Source: Candidatus Latescibacterota bacterium (GTDB lineage: Bacteria > Latescibacterota > CBDEFO01). Taken from it: DNA of 64,000 bases. Position numbers and translations under genes: made by a program. Below the pieces are notes generated by a model. The model did not search any database. It was given only the letters and a program-made list of their open reading frames with translations, and had not been told where the DNA came from. Shown piece after piece: positions 1 through 10,158 of the stretch. The stretch covers positions 1-64,000 of the forward strand of contig CBDEFO010000003.1 of NCBI GenBank assembly GCA_965237525.1. Reading direction: 5' to 3'. Every line of letters begins with the position of its first letter. Position 1 is the first letter of the stretch.

Positions 1-2
1 GT

Positions 3-200
3 CGTAGTGGGCTCCACGCAAAAAATACAAAAGGCGCCGATCCTGATCTTATTGAAAATATGGAGTTTATTGACGTTCCGCACATCCAGATTTCCTCCAC
101 TGACATACGCCGCCGGATCAGACAAAAAGAGCCGATAAGATATATGGTCGCCGATCAGGTCTTGAACTATATAAAGAGCAGGAAGCTCTATTCAAGGTGA
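3..200 (+). CDS. nadD: Nicotinate-nucleotide adenylyltransferase, C-terminal part (5' end outside window)
   Basis: Manual translation: ...IQISSTDIRRRIRQKEPIRYMVADQVLNYIKSRKLYSR*, matching the NadD ISST.IR...Y..V..YI...LY tail. Confidence 0.85.
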   Translation, partial: RSGLHAKNTKGADPDLIENMEFIDVPHIQISSTDIRRRIRQKEPIRYMVADQVLNYIKSRKLYSR

Positions 201-224
201 TGCTAGAAATACCGATAACCTACC

Positions 225-1707
225 TTAGATCCTCAATCTTCTCCTGATCAAAGCTTTCTCCTCCTCATAAAAGAACCCGAAAGCTCCTAACAGCAGGAAA
301 TACCCCCCGAGCAATCCGATCTTAAAACCTGTATTAAATAAACTGCCCGATGCTCCGCCCTCCACCAGCAGGATAACCCCTACAACAAGGACTACGGCTC
401 CTGACAGGGCTATCTTGAGGATCCGGTCGAACTCATAGACGATACGATAGACCCTGTGCGTTACAGCGTAAAGAGAGCCTGCCATAACTGCGTAAGCCGC
501 CAAGGTCGATAGAGCCCGCCCCCATCATTCCGATAATCGGTATCAAAACTATGTTCAAAACTACATTTATCAACGCCCCTCCTCCAGTGATAAACGGAAG
601 GTAACCTGTCTTGTCTTTTATAAACACGCCTGCCATCAGATTGATATAGACGCCGTAGAACGTGTAAGCCAGACAGACTACAGGTATCACCTTCCAGCCC
701 CTTGTGTAGTCTGTGAGGGGATCAGGAGTCGGAAGAAAGCGTACGATGTCCCGTGCAAAGACCGACGTTGCTAGCATCACAAAGACCGAGGCTAAAATGA
801 AATACGTCATCACCCTTGCGTAAACGCTCTTTGCCTCCTCAGTATCTGGAGCATTCGCATTTTGTGACAGCGATAGAAAAAAGGTCGGCCAAGCCAAGCT
901 GAACGCCCTTGCCAAAAATAACGATACCAAACCCAACTTATAGCATACTGAATAGATTCCGACCTCTTCTAAATTTAGAAACCTTCGGAGAAGATATCTG
1001 TCCGAAACCTCGATAATCATCACACAAAAGACCGAAGGGACAAAGACCAGCCCGAACTTGAGGAGCTTCTCCAGCCAGACGATGGAGACGTAAGGTCTAA
1101 GATAGTTGGCTACGAAGGGAAAAGAGACCAAAAACACGAGGGCAGAGGTAATAATGTTAGCTTCAAATACCGCATCTACCTCTCTTCTGAGGGTCACAAG
1201 ATATATATTGAGCGCAAGGCTGGAAAAGAGCTTAAGGAGTGTGATGATAGTATACGTGCCGGACCTCTCTTGCGCTCGGAGGACGACCATGCACATAGAG
1301 GACAATGTGTCTAAAAAGAGTATAACTGCAACCATCCTTACAAGATGGTCCCATCCGGGGACTCCGAAGAGGATGTTCCCCACCGACTCGGAAGATCTCC
1401 ACAGCACCAGCGATAGGATGGCCGATACGAGAAGCAGAAAGGTAAATTCTGTGCTGAGTATCCTCATGCGATCGTCCTTCTCCACATCACCTGCAAAATA
1501 GCGAAGGACAGCGTAGTTCATCCCTAACGTGTAAAAGATGCCCGCGAACGCCGCCAGGGAAAATGCCAGTGTCATCGCTCCTATCACCTCACGGGAAAAC
1601 ACCGACGTGTACAGGGGCAGGAGAATTAGTCCAATAGCGCGCCCTGCCGTATCTCCAATGCCGTAGACGGCCGTGTGCCGCGCCAATCCTTTTATCTTTT
1701 CAAACAT
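225..1707 (-). CDS. Wzx/MATE-like oligosaccharide flippase, split by a +1 frameshift near 515
   Basis: ORFs 433-1746 and 225-503 join into ...IPIIGMMGAALSTLAAYAV... if one G is removed; multi-TM protein with HTAVYGIG, LILLPLYT, SDRYLL, VGIYS motifs. Confidence 0.8.
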
Positions 1708-1803
1708 GAGTTTGTGCAGATCGCTCTGCAGCGGTCGCAATGACATTATTGAAATGGGGCATGTAAGGCGCTCTAACGCTGGATCGAAAGGTGAGGACTC
1801 TTC

Positions 1804-4146
1804 CTATAGAGTGCGGATGACGGCTATCTTGCCTGTGACGAAGTTCCCCTCGGTATCTGTAACAGTGAAGAAATAGACGCCCGATCCGACGAAGAACCCC
1901 GATTCGTTCAAACCGTCCCACGTGACATCTTCGCCCAGAGGGCCCTGCACGCCAATAGAACGCACTACCTGGCCAGATGAGGTAAATATCTCGATTTGAG
2001 ATCCACCTGCCAGACCCTCAAAAGTCAGCACTCTACCACTTCGGCCCACTATGAAGGGATTCGGGAAGACCTTGACTTGAACTGTCATCTCCTTTCCTCC
2101 CAATGTCCTGAGCTTGCTTACTCCCCCCAGAGTACCTATAAAAAGCTCCCCCGTCTTATCGTTGAAGATTAGGGATTTGACCCTGTTATCCACAATCCCG
2201 CTATTTGAAGTGTTAAAAACTATCGGTGATCCGCCGTCTGCGGGGATCTGAACTAAACCACCATCTGTGCCGATCCATTTGTTATTCTTCCCATCCACCT
2301 CGATCACGTTAATAGCATTTGAAGGCAGGCCGTCATCGGTGGTATAGACCCTTGTCTTTCTCGGATCTACGGCAAATTGCTTCTGTACTCTGGAATATGA
2401 GCCTGTTATCGCACTGACGCCGTTGTCTGTACCTACCCAAACCGTTCCGAGCCTGTCCACCTTTATATCACTGATCTTGTTGCTCGGAATGTCGTCGGGA
2501 TTGGTTGCAGTATTGAACACGATAAAGACCTCATCCCCCTTTTCGAAGGGAGTCCCTCCATCGTCGAAGAGGAAGATTCCAGACGTGAAAGTGCCGATCC
2601 ATTTGATGTTGTCGAGAGCTATATCTATCGACCTGAGTTCAGACTGGGGATCAGGGATGCCATCTAACGGCGTGTAAAGGGCATGTCTTCCTCCAGATAG
2701 GCTCTCGAAGACCGCGAGTCCCACATTAAAGTTCAAAATCCATATATTGCCTACGTTGTCGCTGATAATATCGTTTGTCACTACAAATTCCGGAGACCCG
2801 GGCCTGAAAGGCCTCAAAATGCTGTTGCTCTCATCAAATCGGGCTACTTTCTGACCCTTATTTGTCACGACAGTTACTCCTCCTCCCCAGCTTCCCGCCC
2901 ATATATTATTCTCTTTATCCACCTCTACCGCCACTATCGCCCTTTGGGCGCCTCGTAGGTTGTCTAAAAACTGCACCCAGTTCCTCCCGTCGAACCGTCT
3001 GATCCCGTTCAATGTCAGATCCTTTTCGTCAGAGCAGGCCCAAAGGGAACCGTCTTGGTCTATCGTAAGATCGGTAAAGTGGTTCAAATCGGGACCGTTC
3101 GGCACAAATGTTCTGCTCTCTACTCCAAAGACAAACTTCAGGAGTCCATTGCCCTTCGTGCCAAGCCACAGTGCTCCATCTGGACCGACCGCAAATGCGG
3201 TGGCCTCAACACCGTTGAGCTGAGTTCCCTCGGTCCAGACATCTTCGCTCTTCTCAAAGATTTTGGTCATCCTGCTGAAGGTCACTCCAGCCACCGAATA
3301 CTGCCGCCTGGATGCCACCGCCACTAATGATCCTGCTGCTGAGTATACCCCTATAAGATTGGATCTATCTCTTGGATCTGACAGTCCAGGGATCGTAAGA
3401 ACCTTATATCTTGTCCCCACAACAGACACCTCCGTTACCGTCCATATCGACTTTTTTCCGCTGACAAAGACCGTCGAATCGATCAAAACAGCATCACGGG
3501 AGTTTATGTTCCTGGACTTCCAGCTTAGAGGATCCTTAAGGTTAGGCTTAGTCAGATCCGCCCAGGCGAATCCCTCTTCGGACCCGGCCCATAGCTTCCC
3601 TAGAAGGACACTCAAGAATAGAATCTCCGGGTCCTTTTCGAGTCGTCCCAACTGACGGTAGTTCTCCTTTATCTCCTCTTTATCGGGCAGAAAGACGCTT
3701 ATGCCCTGTTCTGTCCCCACAAAGAGCTTGTTCTGATAAGAGAAGATGGCATTGACCCTGACACCCTCAAAATCCTTGATGGTCTCCTCGAACCTTTCCG
3801 ACTCCAAGGAGAATCTGCTCAATCCGTTGCCAGCGGTTCCGAACCAGATATTTCCTCGGTCGTCCACATCAATAGATAAGACTCTGTTGCCTGCCAGGCC
3901 GTCGAGGTTCGTATATTGCGCAGTAAACTCCTCCTTTGCTAGATCAAACTTGAAGACGCCCCCGTTGGTGGCGCCCCATATTGCACCATCTTGTACGACA
4001 AGGTCATTTATTTCGTTCATACTCGTGAAATTGGTCCACGTCTGCCCAAAGGAAGACTTCCATCCCATCAGACCTAAGGCTATAAAGATCACGCTTGAGC
4101 AGAATATTCTCGTAACTACTTCGAATCCACTGCGAGCCTTCAGCAT
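1804..4146 (-). CDS. Secreted two-component-regulator-type beta-propeller protein with C-terminal FlgD/T9SS-like domain (PorZ-like)
   Basis: Signal peptide; repeated D.G.LW.GT..GL..F blades; C-terminal VFPNPF...TWDG.NESG..V.SGVYF. Confidence 0.75.
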   Translation of the reverse strand: MLKARSGFEVVTRIFCSSVIFIALGLMGWKSSFGQTWTNFTSMNEINDLVVQDGAIWGATNGGVFKFDLAKEEFTAQYTNLDGLAGNRVLSIDVDDRGNIWFGTAGNGLSRFSLESERFEETIKDFEGVRVNAIFSYQNKLFVGTEQGISVFLPDKEEIKENYRQLGRLEKDPEILFLSVLLGKLWAGSEEGFAWADLTKPNLKDPLSWKSRNINSRDAVLIDSTVFVSGKKSIWTVTEVSVVGTRYKVLTIPGLSDPRDRSNLIGVYSAAGSLVAVASRRQYSVAGVTFSRMTKIFEKSEDVWTEGTQLNGVEATAFAVGPDGALWLGTKGNGLLKFVFGVESRTFVPNGPDLNHFTDLTIDQDGSLWACSDEKDLTLNGIRRFDGRNWVQFLDNLRGAQRAIVAVEVDKENNIWAGSWGGGVTVVTNKGQKVARFDESNSILRPFRPGSPEFVVTNDIISDNVGNIWILNFNVGLAVFESLSGGRHALYTPLDGIPDPQSELRSIDIALDNIKWIGTFTSGIFLFDDGGTPFEKGDEVFIVFNTATNPDDIPSNKISDIKVDRLGTVWVGTDNGVSAITGSYSRVQKQFAVDPRKTRVYTTDDGLPSNAINVIEVDGKNNKWIGTDGGLVQIPADGGSPIVFNTSNSGIVDNRVKSLIFNDKTGELFIGTLGGVSKLRTLGGKEMTVQVKVFPNPFIVGRSGRVLTFEGLAGGSQIEIFTSSGQVVRSIGVQGPLGEDVTWDGLNESGFFVGSGVYFFTVTDTEGNFVTGKIAVIRTL

Positions 4147-5732
4147 AGAGCTTCTTCCCCCTTTGTTCTCCTGCTCCGTTTAAGGGAGTCTGCAAGCAGA
4201 TATACGACAAGCATAATGCTTAAAGCCACACAAGTTTTAGAAAAGACGTTTCCGTACTCTGTAAAAAATGTCTCCCCTTTTTGGGGGGAGATATTTTGAG
4301 CTATCATCGCAGGTTCGAAGATCAGAGTCTCTTTGTACTTCCTCCCGTACGGGTCTATAAAAAGCGAGACCCCCGTATTGGCGCACCGCGCAATCCATAT
4401 TCTGTTTTCAATTGCCCTGAAGATGGATATCTGGGCGTGCTGATAGGGCGCAGATGACTTTCCAAACCAGGCATCGTTCGTGATGTTCACTAAAAATGAG
4501 GCGTCCCTCTTTACAAAGTCCCTCACAAGATCGGGGAAGACGGACTCAAAACATATCAAAGTCGAAAAGTTCCCCTTGGCAAAAGAAAAGAGAGTCAGCT
4601 CCTGGCCCCGTTCAAAGTTGGATTCGTCCCATTCGGATCCTCCAAGGTTTCCCCATCTGATTCTGCCCATAAACGGAAGAAGGCCTCTAAAGGGAGTGGT
4701 CTCGGAGACAGGCACCAACTTTATTTTATTATATCCTTGTAACACTTTTGTATCGGGCTGGAAAAGGAACGCAGAGTTATACGACTCCTCCTTTTCAGGC
4801 TCATAGTCAGGTGCCCCTGTCAGTATAGGTACTCCCAGAGAATCAGATAGAAAATGGACAATATTTCTGTATTTCCCGTTTGAGCGTATGTAACACGGCG
4901 TTGCCGTCTCGGGCCATATTATCAGATCGGGATTTTGGGATGCTGCTTCGATCGTCATCTGGCCTAAGATCTCAAACGACCGGTCCCTTCCGTTCAGACC
5001 CCATTTGACTTCGGGGGGGATATTTGGCTGAACGATCGCTATCCTTATACCCCTTCCTTCCTCCTTTTCTGTAACATCATCCGGAATCCTGACGACCCCA
5101 TAAATATAAGGGAGGACAAATAGAGCGGCTACTGTGCACAAAAGGAGAATCACTCTCCTTTTGTTGTACATGTTGGCAATTAAAGAGAAGATAACTACAT
5201 TTACCGTTACAATCCAGAATGAGACGCCATGGACACTCGTTATATCCGCAAACTGTATGAGTCTAAGATAATATGTCTGTGTGTTCCCTAAAGCTGTCCA
5301 GGGAAATCCCAAATCGCCGAAGGACATGAGATATTCTATAGCTGTCCAGACGAAAGGGATCACCCCTACCCCTCTGTATCCGAAAGTCCTGAGGATCAAG
5401 GCAGAAAGCAAGCAGAAGACGCCCATATAGATTGCTAAAACAAACGCAGCGGCGAACGTCCCGATCAGTGTTATCCACGAAATCCAGTACAGGGTTCCCA
5501 GGTTGAAGGCGATTCCACTTACGAATCCTAGAAGGAAGGCTTGCCTTGGGTCTCTTCCATCTATCGCCACCAAGAGCGGCACTAATCCGAGATGAGCCAA
5601 AAAGCCTGTCCAAAATGGAGGGAACGATAGGGTAAGAAGAAATCCCGATATTAGCGCAAGAACTATGTGCATGACACTGACATTCCCGCTTCGCTTTACC
5701 CCAAGCTGTACCTCCTTCCCCGAGATTCTCAT
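4140..5732 (-). CDS. lnt: Apolipoprotein N-acyltransferase
   Basis: GFPW, VQPNI, WPETA (E), YNKIKLVP (K), LICFES (C), NITNDAWFG, RAIEN, ANTG; AAGGAG ribosome-binding site before ATG 5732. Confidence 0.95.
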   Translation of the reverse strand: MRISGKEVQLGVKRSGNVSVMHIVLALISGFLLTLSFPPFWTGFLAHLGLVPLLVAIDGRDPRQAFLLGFVSGIAFNLGTLYWISWITLIGTFAAAFVLAIYMGVFCLLSALILRTFGYRGVGVIPFVWTAIEYLMSFGDLGFPWTALGNTQTYYLRLIQFADITSVHGVSFWIVTVNVVIFSLIANMYNKRRVILLLCTVAALFVLPYIYGVVRIPDDVTEKEEGRGIRIAIVQPNIPPEVKWGLNGRDRSFEILGQMTIEAASQNPDLIIWPETATPCYIRSNGKYRNIVHFLSDSLGVPILTGAPDYEPEKEESYNSAFLFQPDTKVLQGYNKIKLVPVSETTPFRGLLPFMGRIRWGNLGGSEWDESNFERGQELTLFSFAKGNFSTLICFESVFPDLVRDFVKRDASFLVNITNDAWFGKSSAPYQHAQISIFRAIENRIWIARCANTGVSLFIDPYGRKYKETLIFEPAMIAQNISPQKGETFFTEYGNVFSKTCVALSIMLVVYLLADSLKRSRRTKGEEALC

Positions 5733-5820
5733 CTGCTCCTTCTTTTCCGATATCTCCAGAGGGCTGTGGCATATACTCACGAGATTGACATTCTACTGTC
5801 AAAAGATGCATAAGCTGCGA

Positions 5821-6924
5821 TCAACTCTCTATTATGCCGCCTCCTAACAATATGTCACCATCGTAGAAGACAGCCGACTGTCCCGGCGTAATAGCCTTTT
5901 GTGATTCTTCCAATTGGACAGATACCCTTTCGTCCCCTAAGACTGTGACTACCCCCGGGGCACCTTCGTTCCCATATCTGATCTTGACCCTAGCTTGGAT
6001 AGAACCTTGGGGAGGATCTATGGAAATCCAGTTTGTATAAGCTGCAGTAAACTCACTTTGCCTGAGATCTTCCACATCCCCGATCCTCAGAGTATTGCTC
6101 TGGACATCTATATCGGTAACATAAACAGGCTTCCCAAGCGCAATTCCTACCCCTTTCCGTTGGCCTACAGTATAGAACGACACTCCCATGTGACGGCCCA
6201 CAATCTGTCCATCTTTGTCGACTATCTGCCCATTTTGAAGTGAGGCGGGAATGCTGTCCATCCTTTTTGCCCTTTCCAGCAGAAGATTTCTGTAATCGCC
6301 ATCGGGCACAAAACATATCTCCTGGCTTTCAGCCTTGTGGGCTGTGTTGAGGCCGAGATCTTCGGCTATTTTGCGCGTCTTTTCCTTGGTCTGTCCACCT
6401 AAGGGGAATAGTGTCCTTTTCAACATCTCCTGTCTCAAACCCCACAAGAAGTACGACTGATCCTTCGTTTTATCCAGCCCGCATCGGATAGAAAATCTCC
6501 TCTCCCTTGCTATTTGAGCATAGTGACCAGTAGCTATCCTGTCGGCTCCAAGCTCCCGGGCCTTCCTGAGGAGACTTCCCCATTTTATCTCGTTGTTGCA
6601 TACTACACAGGGATTTGGCGTGCGTCCATTTATATATTCATTTATAAAGTTATCTACGACAGCCCTGTTGAACTGCTCCCTGAGATCTATCACATAGTGC
6701 GGAATACCGATTTTACGGCACACAGAGCTAGCGTCCTTTACGGAGTCTACGGAACAGCACACGCTATGTGACCCACTGTCAAAGTCCCAGAGCTGCATGG
6801 TTATGCCCACCACATCGTACCCCTGCTCCTTTAACAGAGCCGCTGCAACTGAGCTATCGACTCCACCGCTCATTCCCACGACTATTCTGTTGTTATGTCT
6901 ATTCTCCATTTCCATTCTCAACAA
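5821..6924 (-). CDS. mnmA: tRNA-specific 2-thiouridylase
   Basis: SGGVDS, TPNPCVVCN, ATGHYA, KDQSYFL, ESQEICF, TPGQSAVFY. Confidence 0.97.
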   Translation of the reverse strand: MLRMEMENRHNNRIVVGMSGGVDSSVAAALLKEQGYDVVGITMQLWDFDSGSHSVCCSVDSVKDASSVCRKIGIPHYVIDLREQFNRAVVDNFINEYINGRTPNPCVVCNNEIKWGSLLRKARELGADRIATGHYAQIARERRFSIRCGLDKTKDQSYFLWGLRQEMLKRTLFPLGGQTKEKTRKIAEDLGLNTAHKAESQEICFVPDGDYRNLLLERAKRMDSIPASLQNGQIVDKDGQIVGRHMGVSFYTVGQRKGVGIALGKPVYVTDIDVQSNTLRIGDVEDLRQSEFTAAYTNWISIDPPQGSIQARVKIRYGNEGAPGVVTVLGDERVSVQLEESQKAITPGQSAVFYDGDILLGGGIIES

Positions 6925-6961
6925 GCCTAAGGACCAACGAATCCGAAAGAACGGTCAAAAA

Positions 6962-6990
6962 AATATAACAGCAGGCAGAGCTTTTGTCAA
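6962..6990 (-). promoter_or_regulatory. Sigma70-type promoter for mnmA
   Basis: Minus strand TTGACA-N17-TATATT. Confidence 0.6.
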
Positions 6991-7057
6991 ATACAATTTC
7001 CTCTCATGCCGCCTGCACATATCTTATTACAATGCCATTTTACAGATTAATTACTCC

Positions 7058-7086
7058 TTGACAAAGTGTTGGGCATTGGTTATTTT
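7058..7086 (+). promoter_or_regulatory. Sigma70-type promoter for tRNA-Leu
   Basis: TTGACA-N17-TATTTT ending about 30 nt upstream of the tRNA. Confidence 0.6.
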
Positions 7087-7115
7087 AGCCTGTAGATATG
7101 TCGCCATGCGATTTT

Positions 7116-7200
7116 GCCGGGGTGGCGAAACTGGTAGACGCAAGGGACTTAAAATCCCTCGTGACATAATCACATACGGGTTCGAGTCCCGTCCCCGGCA
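7116..7200 (+). tRNA. tRNA-Leu(TAA), CCA not encoded
   Basis: GCCGGGG/CCCCGGC acceptor stem, AGGGA-CT-TAA-AA-TCCCT anticodon arm, long variable arm, GGTTCGAGTCC T-arm. Confidence 0.96.
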
Positions 7201-7205
7201 CTAAT

Positions 7206-7250
7206 AAGAAAATAAGCGCTTATGGTCGAAAACTTCTAAGCGCTTTTCTT
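7206..7250 (+). terminator. Hairpin after tRNA-Leu, probable terminator
   Basis: AAGAAAATAAGCGCTTA...TAAGCGCTTTTCTT inverted repeat. Confidence 0.5.
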
Positions 7251-7703
7251 GTAGCTTCTCTCGTACATTCAGGATAATATCAAGCCCCTAACTTTGATTC
7301 GGAAAGGTAGCGTCTAAATGATGCTGATGAGATGTCCTTCAAGATGTACTTAACCTTTAAGGAGTAGCCTCATGAGACGTGAATTAATTCCCCTAACTTA
7401 CTTAATAACATAGAGGTTATCTATATTTACGTGAAACAACGACAGAAAGCACTCGGGGGATGACCTTGTTTATTTGGTGTCTTCAAGGTCGCTTCGGTAG
7501 TTGAGATAACTTCACCTATTTCTTGGCTTGTTGCTACCCCGGTAAAGCGCCCACCACGCCTCGACCCTATCAGGAGATCCGATCCCGAAGGAGACATGAC
7601 GCATACCTCGCCAAGGCTTTTCCAACAGCTTTTTCTCCATAAGTGCAACAGATTCTTGAAAATGTAACCTTTCCACATCGTAATGGACATGCAACGAAAA
7701 CAC

Positions 7704-7732
7704 TTGACATGGTAAGGTTAAAGAGTTATTAT
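7704..7732 (+). promoter_or_regulatory. Sigma70-type promoter for the radical SAM-GT2 pair
   Basis: TTGACA-N17-TATTAT. Confidence 0.6.
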
Positions 7733-7794
7733 AGGTGGACGTTCAGATGCTTTGGCAATCCTAAATTGCTGTTCCGGTAATCGAACCTATCGTT

Positions 7795-8868
7795 ATGCTA
7801 TCTAAGCTCTCAAAATTACAGGTCGCAATAGATTACAGATACGCCTTTTCCTTCAAGAGGATGTTCAACTTCCTCAAGGTCGTCTCTTCGATGGCTATAT
7901 CCAGATTAACAGGGATGAATATAGTGTGGGGATATCCATTGATGCTAATGATCGAACCCACCAATATCTGCAATTTGAAATGCCCCCTATGTCCTTCCGG
8001 GAATGGGGGTCTGACCCGTGCAAGGGGTACTATGGGATTGGACGAATTTAAAGGGATCGTAGACGAAATGGCAGATTACCTGATCCTGCTGATGCTCTGG
8101 AACCAGGGAGAGCCGTTCATAAATAGGGAATTTACAGAGATGATCAGATATGCCAAGTCGAAGGCCATTCCCACTATAACCAGCACAAATGGTCATTTCT
8201 TAAGAAAAGCCCAAGATGCTGAAGATGTCGTCAAGTCCGGGTTGGATGAAATAATTGTATCCCTTGATGGAGCCACTCCCGAAAGCTATGCGATCTACCG
8301 CAAAGGAGGGGACTTCAACAGGGTCATCCAGGGAGTCAAAAACCTGTGTCAGTCCAAGAGGAGACTTAAAAGCAGAACGCCTATAATAAATCTCCAGTTC
8401 ATCGTTATGAGACACAACGAAAATGAGATCGAGAGCATAAAAGAAATTGCAGAGGGCCTCCAGGTCGATAAATTAGCTATAAAGACCGCCCAGGTCTATA
8501 CTCAAGATGAGGCAGAAGAATTCCTCCCCGAGGATCAACAGTACAGACGTTACGTCACGGACGAGGGCACCCTGAGGACAAAGTCCAAAATTATAAACTT
8601 CTGCAATCATATATGGTATAGCTGTGTCATCAATTGGAACGGCGATGTCTCCGCCTGCTGCTTCGACAAAGATGTGGATTACCCTATGGGCAGTGTCCTT
8701 GGCGACACAAGTTTTAAAGACCTCTGGAGAGCGGAAAACTATAGAGCCTTTAGAGATCAGATCCTCAAAGACAGAGCAGCGATCCCTATGTGCAGCAACT
8801 GCACCGAGGGACTTAAAGGTATTTTCCACAGCATCGAATCTGTCACATCCCCCAAAACATACGTATAG
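7795..8868 (+). CDS. Radical SAM protein with SPASM/twitch domain
   Basis: CNLKCPLC (CxxxCxxC), QGEPF, C-terminal C...W...NWNGDVSACCFD...CSNC. Confidence 0.9.
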   Translation: MLSKLSKLQVAIDYRYAFSFKRMFNFLKVVSSMAISRLTGMNIVWGYPLMLMIEPTNICNLKCPLCPSGNGGLTRARGTMGLDEFKGIVDEMADYLILLMLWNQGEPFINREFTEMIRYAKSKAIPTITSTNGHFLRKAQDAEDVVKSGLDEIIVSLDGATPESYAIYRKGGDFNRVIQGVKNLCQSKRRLKSRTPIINLQFIVMRHNENEIESIKEIAEGLQVDKLAIKTAQVYTQDEAEEFLPEDQQYRRYVTDEGTLRTKSKIINFCNHIWYSCVINWNGDVSACCFDKDVDYPMGSVLGDTSFKDLWRAENYRAFRDQILKDRAAIPMCSNCTEGLKGIFHSIESVTSPKTYV

Positions 8869-8883
8869 ATTCCGCTTGCAGAT

Positions 8884-10041
8884 ATGTCCTCCCTTTCAAT
8901 TCCGCTTGCTATTCTCACACTCTTATATCTTGTCACCGCAACAGTCTTCTTCATAGGACTCTTTTTCTCCTATAATGGCAACAGCCGAAAAAGGTACAGC
9001 GTCTGTGTAATCGTTCCAGCCCGAGATGAAGAGGACTCCATAGGAGAGTGTTTAAGCGACCTTGTAAATCAGACCTATCCCCAGGGAAGCTACACAATTG
9101 TCGTGGTGGACGATGGGTCAGAGGACAGAACCTACCAAATTGTGGTAGATTTCTGCCGAAGATACAAAAACGTCAGGCTGATAAACGCTGACGAAACTGA
9201 AAGCGGGCTTTCTCCCAAGAAGAACGCTATAAATACCGGAATTAAAAAGAGCCGAGAGGAGATCATCCTTACCACCGACGCGGACTGCAGAGTGGAGAAG
9301 ACCTGGATAGAAAGTATGGTGAGCTACTTCGACGACGATGTCGGAATGGTCATCGGATTTTCTCAGTATGGGGATAAGGAGAAAAACAACAGAGAGACCC
9401 TTTTTGAGAAGATTCAGGCGCTCGACTTTCTCGCATTGATGTCCGCTGCCGCTGGAGCCGCAAACGTGGGCTTTCCCCTTGCAGCATCCGCACAGAACCT
9501 GGGCTACAGGAGAAAAACCTTCGAGGAAGTGGGAGGATTTGAGAGCATAGGAAATAGGGTCTCGGGCGACGATGTCCTGTTGCTTCAACTTATCAACAAA
9601 AAGACAGATTGCAAAATCGTGTTTGCATCTTCTAAAGGGGTCTATAATAGGACTTCAGCCGAAAAGACCTTCAAAGGATTCGTAAGCCAGAGAAAAAGAT
9701 GGGCCTCGAACGCGCCATACCAACATAGACTGAATAAACTGTTCTTCCTTCACCTGGTCGTAGTGTTCCTCTTGAATCTGGGCCTACTCCTTAGTGTTCC
9801 CTCCGCTGTGAACACGCCGCTCCTCTCAGGCGGAGTGGCACTTTCACATCCACTTGTATGCTTAGCTGTCAAAGCGCTTGCGGACTTTGCTGTCATCTTC
9901 AAAGGAGGAAGCGTACATGGACGCCTTGACCTTCTGAAGTATTTTCCACTGTGGTTTGTCCTGGAAATACCGTATATAGTGTCTGCCGGGATCTTCGGAA
10001 GCCTGGGAGGATTCAGCTGGAAAGGCAGGAAGCACCGGTAA
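8884..10041 (+). CDS. Membrane glycosyltransferase family 2
   Basis: VPARDEE, VDDGSED, TDADC, GDD, QRKRW; N- and C-terminal TM helices. Confidence 0.9.
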   Translation: MSSLSIPLAILTLLYLVTATVFFIGLFFSYNGNSRKRYSVCVIVPARDEEDSIGECLSDLVNQTYPQGSYTIVVVDDGSEDRTYQIVVDFCRRYKNVRLINADETESGLSPKKNAINTGIKKSREEIILTTDADCRVEKTWIESMVSYFDDDVGMVIGFSQYGDKEKNNRETLFEKIQALDFLALMSAAAGAANVGFPLAASAQNLGYRRKTFEEVGGFESIGNRVSGDDVLLLQLINKKTDCKIVFASSKGVYNRTSAEKTFKGFVSQRKRWASNAPYQHRLNKLFFLHLVVVFLLNLGLLLSVPSAVNTPLLSGGVALSHPLVCLAVKALADFAVIFKGGSVHGRLDLLKYFPLWFVLEIPYIVSAGIFGSLGGFSWKGRKHR

Positions 10042-10102
10042 AATGATCTTTGTGAAACTTCTGTTTCCATCGGCCCGGATAGTAGATGTAGGAATATGAC
10101 AA

Positions 10103-10130
10103 GGCCCCGGTTCTGCTATGAACCGAGGCC
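10103..10130. terminator. GC-rich hairpin between convergent genes
   Basis: GGCCCCGGTTC-tgctat-GAACCGAGGCC. Confidence 0.5.
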
Positions 10131-10158
10131 CTGATCTTTGTTAGATGGTACCGCCAGC

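Noticed and set aside
7427..7703. Short minus-strand ORFs after tRNA-Leu
   Set aside because: No recognisable motif; no att repeat or integrase supporting an island
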